In this document: positions 15,340 to 23,630 of the stretch, piece by piece
Position numbering within the stretch: the first letter of the stretch is position 1
Layout of the letters: the number at the start of each line of letters is the position of its first letter
Assembly: GCA_028688815.1 (NCBI GenBank)
Contig: JAQTXJ010000003.1
Span: 1-62,015 of the forward strand
Length of the DNA: 62,015 bases
Direction of reading: 5' to 3'
From: a bacterium
GTDB lineage: Bacteria > Hydrothermota > UBA3073 > JACQXS01 > JAQTXJ01
Position numbers and translations under genes: made by a program
Notes under the pieces: generated by a model
Seen by the model: only the letters and a program-made list of their open reading frames with translations
Databases searched by the model: none
Told to the model about the DNA's origin: nothing

Positions 15340-18126
15340 CTACTTTAACATTACAAACTTGCCGACCTGATTTCCGTATCCCGTTTTGTAGAAGTATACA
15401 CCCGGTTTTACTTTTTCGCCGTTATTGTCTCTTCCATCCCACATTACTTTATGCGACGTTGATTGTAAATCTGAAATCCGGATGTTCTTAATAAGACTTC
15501 CGCTCAAGTCATAAATACTGATAGACTTATGCGACTGTGTTTCCGGGAGTAAAAACACGGCTTTTGATAATACGGGATTTGGGAAAATCTTAATGCCTAT
15601 AGATTTGTAATTTTTGTTGATTTCTTCGGCGCCCGCACAATTTACATACCATTTTGTCGGAATTCCATTCGCAATCGCCCACAGTCTATAATATGCCGAA
15701 TCTGCGGTTGGTTGGACCGTTGTATTCGTTTCGCTCCACGAAGAGCTCAAAGGCATTTGCAGTATGTCTCCGCCGCCGTTCCCCTGGAAATTGCCGCCGC
15801 CGACTCTAACAAAAGACATAATCGGATGATCGTTTGACGTTATGTGAGAATAGTTTCCACCATCGGCTTCCGAAACACCCCTGAATAATGTGCCCGCGAT
15901 ATTCATCGAGCTGGTTATACGGGTAACGGAAGGATAATTTGTTATTGTAGATTGCCAATCGCTTGCATAGCCGAGTCCAACATCATACTGCACCATTGAA
16001 TTTAAAAAACTTCCGTTTGTTCCACCTATTGCAAGAACATAAGGATGTGCGGAGGGAATAAGAACCGATGAATGACACGCTCTTGCCGGAGTAATTGAAG
16101 CGCTTGTATCTGCTTTCCATCCGTGTCTGTTTGTTAATGTATCCAACATATCTGCAGGGTCCCATACTTCGCACGATGATAAATAATTTGCTCCGTCTTT
16201 CCCGCCACTCGTAAGAATAATACCCGAATAAAGCAACGTTGAATTGTGCCAGTAACGAGCTTGATTCAAGCTTCCTTCCTGTGTCCATGTGCCCGTGCCG
16301 GGGTCATAAATTTCGCAGCTCGCAAGACCTGTGGAACCATCACTTGTTCCGCCAATTACAAGAACTTTTCCTGACTGTAATAAAACGGAAGTATGCGAGT
16401 ATCTTCCGGTATTTAAGCTTCCTGTGGTAGCCCAGCTTGTTCCATTCCATAATTCACAGGAATTAAGAGCCCCCGAACCATTTCGTCCGCCGATAACGAT
16501 AACATTTCCGTTCTTTAATAAAATTGCGCTGTGGTTTGTTCTTTGCGTGGACATTGCCGCAGCATTTGTCCATGCGCCTCCATTATATATTTCACAAGAA
16601 TTTAGAAACCCCGTATTTTCTCCGCCGGTTACCAAAACTCTTCCGTCTGGCAATAATGTAGCGGTATGGTCGAATCTTTCCGTATTTAGGTCTCCGGTCG
16701 CTGTCCAACTTGTTGTTATAACGTCAAATAATTCACAGGATTTTATTGCGACTGTATTTTTACCTCCTGTTACCAATACTTTTCCTGAAGACATAAGTTG
16801 AGCCGTGTGATGAGTCCGTGCATTAATAAGGTCTCCTGTAGGGATAACTGTCTGTAAAATATAATTATATAATTCGCATGATTTTAGTGCGCCGCTGCTA
16901 TTTTCTCCGCCTACTATAAGAACATTCGTGCTGCAAATAGCAGTATGTATAATTGGTAAAGGAGTTACAGTATGAAAAGCCCTGTCTGTATTTAAGGATG
17001 GTTTTGATGTCCATATTCCATCTGTCGGGTCATAAATTATAGCCGCTTTTGGATGAACGGCATTAAGAATGGTTACTCCTGTTCCCCAGCCCGGAAACAT
17101 TAATTTTCCTGTGGGCAAAATAAATGCCGCTGCATGACTTGCGGTATCTATTGGAGCTATAACACTATCCGTAATAGACCACGTTCCTGCGGCTGGATCA
17201 TAAAGTTCACATTTTCTGGATGCAGCATAAGAACCATATTGATCAGGATCCGAGCCTGTTATAAGGACTTTCCCAGATGGAAGAAGCGCCATAGTTGGTA
17301 CATACCTTGGGCCATAGGTCATGCTTCCCGTATTTGCCCACGTGTGCATTACCGGGTCAAACAATTCGCATTGGGTAGTGACCCCATAAGACATACTATC
17401 GATATACGCTCCTCCTGCAATTAACACTTTGCTCCATGGGGGAGGCAATAAAACTCCCACAAAACCGGATCTTCCCCTTGTTTTACAGGTGTCAGTATAA
17501 GACCACGTTCCTGCAGTCGGATTAAAAATTTCGGCAGTGTTCCCTTGCATATTTGAGATTGTTAATAATACGTCCCCATTTGGTAGAAGCGTTTCTATCC
17601 CTGCCCCGTAAGAAGAAACACGGTTTGTGCCTCCAGTAGCAGTAAACGCGTCCCCGTTGCAATCGTAAAAATAACAATTAAAACCATCATACATTAAAAG
17701 AACTCTTCCATCTTTTAGCAAAGTAAGATATGTATATTTTCTCTTGCATGCAATTGAAGTTCCTGCCGATAATGTCCAACTTTTATTAACCGGATTATAA
17801 AGATAAAACCTGCCTCCTGAACCGGACCCGGATGTCGTTGCATATAAAACTTTACCATTTGGAAGCAATAGAGCTCCGGTATGGTGATCCATTATGGGCA
17901 TTGTATCCCTTGACCATGTCCCGGTTGCCGGATCAAAAGTCTGGCACGCCGCAGAATCCCCCATCCCTCCAATTAAAAGCACTTTTCCATCTGTTAAAAC
18001 GGCATTGCTGTAGCCCATACTCCACTTAACTCTATCTCCGGTTCTGTTCCACCTGCCGGCTTCTGATGAACCGCAGATTAACATAATACTCAACAAAACA
18101 CCTAAACTAATAAGTTTTTTACTCAT
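15340..18126 (-). CDS. multi-blade Kelch-repeat protein with T9SS C-terminal sorting domain
   Basis: Signal peptide. More than 12 repeats of about 48 aa with GG doublets and a recurring [SKQ]CE[LIV][YFW][DN] word. C-terminal IKIFPNPVLSKAVF...ISIYDLSGSLIKNI...WDGRDNNGEKVKPGVYFYK...FVMLK. Confidence 0.85.
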   Translation of the reverse strand: MSKKLISLGVLLSIMLICGSSEAGRWNRTGDRVKWSMGYSNAVLTDGKVLLIGGMGDSAACQTFDPATGTWSRDTMPIMDHHTGALLLPNGKVLYATTSGSGSGGRFYLYNPVNKSWTLSAGTSIACKRKYTYLTLLKDGRVLLMYDGFNCYFYDCNGDAFTATGGTNRVSSYGAGIETLLPNGDVLLTISNMQGNTAEIFNPTAGTWSYTDTCKTRGRSGFVGVLLPPPWSKVLIAGGAYIDSMSYGVTTQCELFDPVMHTWANTGSMTYGPRYVPTMALLPSGKVLITGSDPDQYGSYAASRKCELYDPAAGTWSITDSVIAPIDTASHAAAFILPTGKLMFPGWGTGVTILNAVHPKAAIIYDPTDGIWTSKPSLNTDRAFHTVTPLPIIHTAICSTNVLIVGGENSSGALKSCELYNYILQTVIPTGDLINARTHHTAQLMSSGKVLVTGGKNTVAIKSCELFDVITTSWTATGDLNTERFDHTATLLPDGRVLVTGGENTGFLNSCEIYNGGAWTNAAAMSTQRTNHSAILLKNGNVIVIGGRNGSGALNSCELWNGTSWATTGSLNTGRYSHTSVLLQSGKVLVIGGTSDGSTGLASCEIYDPGTGTWTQEGSLNQARYWHNSTLLYSGIILTSGGKDGANYLSSCEVWDPADMLDTLTNRHGWKADTSASITPARACHSSVLIPSAHPYVLAIGGTNGSFLNSMVQYDVGLGYASDWQSTITNYPSVTRITSSMNIAGTLFRGVSEADGGNYSHITSNDHPIMSFVRVGGGNFQGNGGGDILQMPLSSSWSETNTTVQPTADSAYYRLWAIANGIPTKWYVNCAGAEEINKNYKSIGIKIFPNPVLSKAVFLLPETQSHKSISIYDLSGSLIKNIRISDLQSTSHKVMWDGRDNNGEKVKPGVYFYKTGYGNQVGKFVMLK

Positions 18127-18265
18127 ATCTCCTCCTGTTAACGTTATCCAAAGTAAAATAAACTTCCAACTATCAATGTTATATTATTTTAATGCTTATA
18201 TATTGTCAAGTGTTTTTGAAGTTAAGAATCAAGTTAGGATTAATAAACGAAAACAACAAAATAAC

Positions 18266-18294
18266 TTGCATATAATCAAGCCTTATTGTAAATT
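18266..18294 (+). promoter_or_regulatory. promoter TTGCAT-17nt-TAAATT, 6 nt from the dprA ATG (leaderless-type)
   Basis: TTGCAT 18266-18271, TAAATT 18289-18294, ATG 18301. No SD. Confidence 0.45.
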
Positions 18295-18300
18295 ACGAGA

Positions 18301-19191
18301 ATGAACTATTGGCTTGCCCTTCATTCAATACCTGATATAGGTCCCGTTACTTTCAATAAACTATTGGATAAATTTGGTACTCCGGAAAAAGTATTTTCTG
18401 CTACGCGATATGAATTAATGCAGATTCCAAGATTGTCCGAAGCAATAATAAACTTAATACTTTGTGCGAAGCTTCCGTGTTATCGGACAACAGTCCCTTC
18501 TAATAATAGTAAAATAATATTGGAACTTAAAAACCGTCAGTTTGAACTAATTACAAAATACGATAAAAGATATCCCGAATTGCTTAAAAATTCTACTGTT
18601 CCCCCACCAATAATTTATGTTTATGGGAAAATGGCAAATGGCAATCCGTTTGCGGATAGGCATAGTTTAATTGCCATAATTGGCGCAAGAAATGCATCAC
18701 GGGTGGGCTTAAACAAAGCATTGGAATTTGGAAAGTATTTTGCGCATAAAGGGTTTTCTATAGTTTCCGGATATGCAAAAGGGATTGATACTTATGCGCA
18801 TTTGGGCGCAATAATTGGGGGCGGGAAAACAATAATGGTTTTGCCTGTCGGAGTTCTTAACTTTGTTGTTCACAAAGAACTTGAATATATGCGCGAAAAA
18901 CTATTTTCCCAATCAATAATATTTTCTGAATTTTACCCGTCGGCAGGATGGCTGACAGGACAGGCAATGTTACGAAACCGCAGAATTAGCGAACTTTCAA
19001 AAGCAGTAGTCGTTATAGAACCCGGCGTAAAAGGTGGCACAATAGCAACTACAAAATGGGCAAAGAAACTTAATAAACCAATATTTATATACGAAAAGCT
19101 ATTTGCTACAAGAAAAAAAGAATTTCTTGAACTTGGAGCGATGCCAATAGAAAAACCGGAAGAGATTATTGCCTGTCTGAATAAGGAATAG
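18301..19191 (+). CDS. dprA: DNA processing protein A (DprA/Smf)
   Basis: N-terminal HSIPDIGPVTFNKLLDKFGTPEKVF and Rossmann-like core IAIIGARNASRVGLNKALEFGKYFAHKGFSIVSGYAKGIDTYAH. Confidence 0.85.
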   Translation: MNYWLALHSIPDIGPVTFNKLLDKFGTPEKVFSATRYELMQIPRLSEAIINLILCAKLPCYRTTVPSNNSKIILELKNRQFELITKYDKRYPELLKNSTVPPPIIYVYGKMANGNPFADRHSLIAIIGARNASRVGLNKALEFGKYFAHKGFSIVSGYAKGIDTYAHLGAIIGGGKTIMVLPVGVLNFVVHKELEYMREKLFSQSIIFSEFYPSAGWLTGQAMLRNRRISELSKAVVVIEPGVKGGTIATTKWAKKLNKPIFIYEKLFATRKKEFLELGAMPIEKPEEIIACLNKE

Positions 19192-19199
19192 TCAAAAAA

Positions 19200-19631
19200 A
19201 TGAATTACATAATAGACGTTATAATTCATACCACAATTGGTATAATCGTTACAGTCCCTTTATGGGCTAAACCATTTTTAAGAAAGGTTTTATTTACCGT
19301 ATTTATTGTGAGCTCTTTGATCGATGTAGACCATTTTATTTCTGCAAAATCCATCCACCTGAAAGATGCTGCTACTCTAAGGTATAGACCATATACTCAT
19401 TCAATAACTTTTGCCGTAATAGCGGGTGGAATTACTTTTGGAATAACTAAAAGTCCACGGATTGGAGTAGCAGTATGCAGTGGTATTATCTCACACGTAT
19501 TAAGAGACGCGAGCACCGGAATCACTTTTATTTTATACCCAATGAAGCTTACAAAAATTCCTGTTTGGGTTTATGTTATGGGTGAATTATTGATTTTTAT
19601 ATGTTGCCTGGTTTTGAGAAAATGGATATGA
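19200..19631 (+). CDS. small integral membrane protein, DUF457/YdjM-like metal-dependent hydrolase family (tentative)
   Basis: Four to five TM segments with conserved-looking His/Asp positions (IDVDHFI, YTHS, ISHVLRD). Confidence 0.4.
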   Translation: MNYIIDVIIHTTIGIIVTVPLWAKPFLRKVLFTVFIVSSLIDVDHFISAKSIHLKDAATLRYRPYTHSITFAVIAGGITFGITKSPRIGVAVCSGIISHVLRDASTGITFILYPMKLTKIPVWVYVMGELLIFICCLVLRKWI

Positions 19632-19682
19632 TTTGAACTGTTTTTGTTGACTAAAATATAATAACCGGGTAAAGAGGAAAGA

Positions 19683-20690
19683 ATGAAAATAACGAATACT
19701 TATCAAAACCTTATAGATTCAATAGGCAATCTTTTAAATGAGGCACGACAAAAGACGTACCAACAAATTAATACCATACTGGTTAAAACTTATTGGGAAA
19801 TTGGACGCTACATAGTAGTTTACGAACAAGAAAATCGCGAAAAAGCGGATTATGGCTCCCATCTTTTAGACAATTTATCTAAAGACTTAAAAACTCGTTA
19901 TGGCAAGGGATTCTCGCGAAGAAATGTGCTGAATATGCGTAATTTTTATCTTGCATATCCAAAATGGCAGGCACTGCCTGCATTTTTGTCATGGACACAT
20001 ATTGTGCTTCTTGTCTCTGTTGATAATAATCTTGCCCGCTCCTTTTATGAAAAAGAGTGTACTGCAAATCACTGGAGTACCCGTGAATTAGAACGACAAA
20101 TAAATTCTATGCTTTTTGAACGATTAGCATTGAGTAAAGATAAAAAAGGTATTCTTAAACTTGCTTCTAAAGGACAGGTGCTTACTAAAGTTGAAGATAT
20201 GGTAAAAGACCCTTATGTTTTAGAGTTTTTGGGTATTCCTGAAGATTATCGGTATTCGGAAAAAGTGTTAGAACAAAAAATCATAGATAATATGCAGAGT
20301 TTTCTCCTGGAATTAGGCAAGGGATTTTCTTTTGTAGCACGACAATACCGTATTAGTCTGAACAATAAACATTTTTATATTGATTTGGTTTTTTACAACA
20401 GAATCCTAAAATGTTTTGTCTTGATTGACCTGAAACTTGGCACGATTAATCATCAGGATATAGGACAAATGAATTTATATTTAAATTATTTTAAAAAAGA
20501 AGAGATGTCGGAAGGCGATAATGAACCTGTGGGTATTATTTTAGGAGCTCAAAAAGACCACGTATTAGTTGAATATGCTTTGGGTGGAATCTCTAATAAA
20601 CTTTTTGCCTCAAAATATCAATTGTCCCTGCCGGATAAACATCTACTTCAAAAAGCCATGGAGAAAGCTATAAAAGAAAAAAACGTATGA
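19683..20690 (+). CDS. PDDEXK-fold nuclease-like protein, DUF1016/YhcG family
   Basis: YWEIGRYIV near the N-terminus and the C-terminal core YIDLVFYNRILKCFVLIDLKLG. Confidence 0.75.
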   Translation: MKITNTYQNLIDSIGNLLNEARQKTYQQINTILVKTYWEIGRYIVVYEQENREKADYGSHLLDNLSKDLKTRYGKGFSRRNVLNMRNFYLAYPKWQALPAFLSWTHIVLLVSVDNNLARSFYEKECTANHWSTRELERQINSMLFERLALSKDKKGILKLASKGQVLTKVEDMVKDPYVLEFLGIPEDYRYSEKVLEQKIIDNMQSFLLELGKGFSFVARQYRISLNNKHFYIDLVFYNRILKCFVLIDLKLGTINHQDIGQMNLYLNYFKKEEMSEGDNEPVGIILGAQKDHVLVEYALGGISNKLFASKYQLSLPDKHLLQKAMEKAIKEKNV

Positions 20691-21376
20691 TTTTATTTAT
20701 ACTCATAAATTTCTTAACCCCTGCATTGAATTTTACAAAAGAAACGTTATACGATACTAAGTATATTATTGCTTCTCCTTTGCGCTGGGATATTGAATCC
20801 TGGAGCACGGTTATGGGAGTTGGAATTACTACTTATGAGATTATGTTAGAAGACGAAACCGTGAAAAGTTTCGTTCAGTCTCATCGTAATGACAAGGTTG
20901 CAAAGAAATGCGAATATATAGGCGATGGAACGGTAGCAGCGACTTTAGTTGCAAGCTCCTGGATTGCAGGAGAATTAACCCATAACTATAAATTACAGAA
21001 AATGGGAGATTTGGGCTTGAAAAGCATATTAATATCAGGACTAATTGTAAATTGCACAAAAAGAATTGCGGGACGCAGTAGACCATACAGTTCAGCTTCT
21101 TCTGCTGATTGGACGGGACCCACTTTAAGCGGAGAAGAGTTGTCATTCCCTTCCGGACATACAAGTACGGCTTTTGCTCTTGCGTCTGTTGTCAGTGAAT
21201 TATACGATAATAAATGGATTGATTTTTTGGCTTATGGAACGGCTATGTTGGGCGGATGGGCAAGGATAAATGACAATCAACATTGGGCGTCCGACGTTTT
21301 TATGGGAGCGGTAATTGGTATTTCTGTAGGCAAAACACTTGTAAAACTTGAAAAATCAAATAAAAAATCCCATTGA
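20687..21376 (+). CDS. PAP2-family phosphatase
   Basis: Tripartite motif KRIAGRSRP ... PSGHTS ... RINDNQHWASDV. The ATG overlaps the upstream stop (ATGA). Confidence 0.8.
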   Translation: MILFILINFLTPALNFTKETLYDTKYIIASPLRWDIESWSTVMGVGITTYEIMLEDETVKSFVQSHRNDKVAKKCEYIGDGTVAATLVASSWIAGELTHNYKLQKMGDLGLKSILISGLIVNCTKRIAGRSRPYSSASSADWTGPTLSGEELSFPSGHTSTAFALASVVSELYDNKWIDFLAYGTAMLGGWARINDNQHWASDVFMGAVIGISVGKTLVKLEKSNKKSH

Positions 21377-21467
21377 ATTGTTTGGAAATAATGATTGACA
21401 AAGTCTATAAATAAAATAAATTATACGAGTTAAAGTTATAAAGAAAAGAATAGATTATGGAGGAGTT

Positions 21468-22616
21468 ATGATTTTTAATTCAGAACAAAAACTCGTTCAG
21501 GATATGGTAAGAAAATTTGCAACAAACGAACTTGCGCCTATAGCATTAGATTTAGATAAGAAAGCAGAATTCCCCGGCAAAATAATACAAAAACTAGCTG
21601 AACTCGGATTATCGGGAATTATTATCCCGGATAAATATAACGGCTCTGCTTTGGATATGGTTAGCTATTGTATAGTTATTGAAGAACTGTCTAAAGTATG
21701 CGCTTCTTTAAGTTTTAGCATTATTGTAAATAATTCTTTTGTTGCGGCTCCTATAATAAAATATGGGACAGAAACGCAAAAAAACAAATGGCTTCCTAAA
21801 ATTGCAAATGGAGAATGTATCGGCGCTTTTGCTCTTTATGAAGAAACATATTCAAATATTTATGAAGAAATAAATGCGGACATATCAAAAAAAATAACTA
21901 CTATCGCTAAACCAACGGGAAACGGAAAATACTTGATTTCAGGAGAAAAAGTCTTTGTAGTTAACGGCGAGACTGCAGGTATTTTCATTGTGTTTGCCCT
22001 TATAGAGAATAAGTTAACCGCTTTCATTTTACCAAAAGAAGGCAATGAATCGAACTTGTCCTTTGAAAAAGAAGTAATGATGGGGATGCGTTCGGCGGGA
22101 ATAGGCAGTATCAAATTAAATAATGTTGAAGTTTCCGAAGAAAATATACTTGGGGAACCCGGCAAAGGATTGGAAATGTTCGAGCAGATTGTTGAATCTG
22201 CAAATATTGCAATATCCGCACAGGCAGTTGGTATAATGGATGCATCGTTGGAGGGCTCTATAAAATACTCAAAAGAAAGAAAACAATTTGGGCATCTGAT
22301 ATCCGAATTTCAATTAATCCAGGATGCAATTGCAGAAATTAAAATAAGACTTGAATCATCACGGATATTGGTATTCGAAACTGCTCGTATGTATGATGAA
22401 GGGCAACCTTTCTCCACAACGGCTTCCATTACAAAACTGGTTGCTACGGAATCGGCAGTATGGTCAAGCATTAAAACAGTGCAGGTTCACGCGGGGTATG
22501 GCTATACAAAAGAATATCCTATAGAGCGATATTTCAGAGATGCAAAAGTAACACAGGTGTTCGGCGAAACACCCCTGACTCAGAAAATTAAATTGGCAAA
22601 ATCAGTACTGTCCTGA
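21468..22616 (+). CDS. acyl-CoA dehydrogenase family protein (divergent C-terminal catalytic motif)
   Basis: Full-length ACAD pattern (FNSEQKLVQDMVRKFATNELAP ... RYFRDAKVTQVFGET). GGAGGAG SD upstream. Confidence 0.85.
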   Translation: MIFNSEQKLVQDMVRKFATNELAPIALDLDKKAEFPGKIIQKLAELGLSGIIIPDKYNGSALDMVSYCIVIEELSKVCASLSFSIIVNNSFVAAPIIKYGTETQKNKWLPKIANGECIGAFALYEETYSNIYEEINADISKKITTIAKPTGNGKYLISGEKVFVVNGETAGIFIVFALIENKLTAFILPKEGNESNLSFEKEVMMGMRSAGIGSIKLNNVEVSEENILGEPGKGLEMFEQIVESANIAISAQAVGIMDASLEGSIKYSKERKQFGHLISEFQLIQDAIAEIKIRLESSRILVFETARMYDEGQPFSTTASITKLVATESAVWSSIKTVQVHAGYGYTKEYPIERYFRDAKVTQVFGETPLTQKIKLAKSVLS

Positions 22617-22721
22617 CTTAATTTTATCTTGAATAAACGGGCTGGATTGGGAAGGGGGTAATATTATTCATTTATATTCTTTTTAAATTGAGCTGTCCGT
22701 CCCGAGATCGGGAAGACATAA

Positions 22722-22750
22722 TTGAAAGGGAATATATAAGTTGGAGTAAT
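22722..22750 (+). promoter_or_regulatory. candidate promoter TTGAAA-17nt-AGTAAT at the 5' edge of the 43-nt array
   Basis: TTGAAA 22722-22727. The AGTAAT at 22745-22750 lies inside repeat copy 1. Weak -10. Confidence 0.3.
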
Positions 22751-22869
22751 GTTCCTGAACAGATGGAGCAAAACTCCAACTAATTGGAGTAATGTTCCTG
22801 AACAGATGGAGCAAAACTCCAACTAATTGGAGTAATGTTCCTGAACAGATGGAGCAAAACTCCAACTAA
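22741..22869 (+). repeat. perfect 3 x 43-nt tandem direct repeat, each unit a predicted stem-loop
   Basis: Unit TTGGAGTAATGTTCCTGAACAGATGGAGCAAAACTCCAACTAA at 22741-22783, 22784-22826 and 22827-22869, identical by direct reading. Outer stem TTGGAGT/ACTCCAA, inner stem GTTCC/GGAGC. Confidence 0.95.
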
Positions 22870-22883
22870 AAAACGGAGGATAT

Positions 22884-23630
22884 ATGATGAAATCACTCAA
22901 CTTAGATAAGTTTGTAGGTAAACTAGTGGAACCGTATATAAAAGAGCTAATTCGTTTGTCGGGAGATAATATTTGTTCCATAATATTATTTGGCAGTGCG
23001 GCTACAAAAGATTTCATTCCACGGAAGTCCAATATTAATTTACTTGTAGTATGCGATGAAATAAATTTACCGAATCTTAAGAAATATCATAAACTGGTCA
23101 GGCGGGGAAGGAAAAGAGGTATAGTGGCGCCTCTGTTTCTTACAGAACAACATATAAAAAGTTCTATGGATGTATTCCCGATAGAATTTCTTGAAATGAA
23201 AGATTCGTATCTGTTGTTGCACGGCAAAGACGTTTTGGGTAAGCTTGCGATAAATACGGAAAACTTACGACTTGAATGCGAAGAACAATTAAAGGGCAAA
23301 TTGGTTAGATTAAGACAAAGTTATTTAGAACACGGTGTAAATATAAAAATAATTGCAGAATCCATCACTTCTCTTATCCCTGTATTTCGGTCTCTGGTGA
23401 GGCTTAGAACAAGGGCTATTAAAGTAGACAAAGAGAAAGCAATAGAAGAACTTGCTAAACTCAAAATAGATAGTCAGGTGTTTTCTACTGCCCTGGATAT
23501 TAAAAAAGGAAAGTATAAATTAAAAAATAAAGCTCTGGAACTATTCTTTGAGAAATACATTAAAGAAATAGAAAAACTATGTATTTATACGGATAGCTTT
23601 AAAAGCAAAACAAAGAAAATAAAAAAATGA
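22884..23630 (+). CDS. nucleotidyltransferase-fold (MNT/pol-beta superfamily) protein with NxN in place of the catalytic DxD, plus a C-terminal helical domain
   Basis: ILFGSAATKDFIPRKSNINLLVV fits hG[GS]x9-13Dh[DE]h, except that both acidic residues are Asn (AAT 23031-23033 and 23037-23039). GGAGG SD at 22875-22879. The second ATG at 22887 is an equally possible start. Confidence 0.6.
   Translation: MMKSLNLDKFVGKLVEPYIKELIRLSGDNICSIILFGSAATKDFIPRKSNINLLVVCDEINLPNLKKYHKLVRRGRKRGIVAPLFLTEQHIKSSMDVFPIEFLEMKDSYLLLHGKDVLGKLAINTENLRLECEEQLKGKLVRLRQSYLEHGVNIKIIAESITSLIPVFRSLVRLRTRAIKVDKEKAIEELAKLKIDSQVFSTALDIKKGKYKLKNKALELFFEKYIKEIEKLCIYTDSFKSKTKKIKK

Noticed and set aside
16331-16801. 156-aa antisense ORF inside the Kelch gene (and similar antisense ORFs at 3783-4214, 6355-6738, 48574-49137)
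   Set aside because: These are shadow ORFs opposite long, well-supported genes, favoured by repeat or codon bias. They have no motifs or start signals.
19683-20690. DUF1016/YhcG gene as a transposase or mobile element
   Set aside because: It is a PDDEXK nuclease-like family, not a known transposase. I noticed no terminal inverted repeats, integrase or target duplication around it, and its composition resembles the neighbouring genes.
22763-22783. Mini-ORF ATG GAG CAA AAC TCC AAC TAA (MEQNSN) present in every 43-nt unit
   Set aside because: One of the two substitutions in the 13932 copy is synonymous in this frame (GAG to GAA), which caught my eye. However, there is no SD at a workable distance, the peptide is 6 aa, and one synonymous change is not evidence. 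Not called as a gene.
22741-22869. Possible CRISPR array
   Set aside because: The 43-nt units are directly contiguous with no spacers, there are only three copies, and no cas genes are in the window. It is a plain tandem repeat.
22850-22883. Last repeat unit plus CTAAAAAAC tail and SD as a class I preQ1-like riboswitch
   Set aside because: The resemblance is superficial (a hairpin followed by an A-rich tail next to the SD). The same unit is triplicated and also occurs at 13932, the downstream genes are unrelated to queuosine metabolism, and I cannot verify the conserved loop nucleotides by eye.
22683-23032. Minus-strand ORFs of 60 and 69 aa across the repeat array
   Set aside because: Their sequences simply reiterate the repeat (FFSWSFAPSVQEHYSN twice). 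They lack an RBS and overlap the start of the plus-strand gene. They are artefacts of the repeat.
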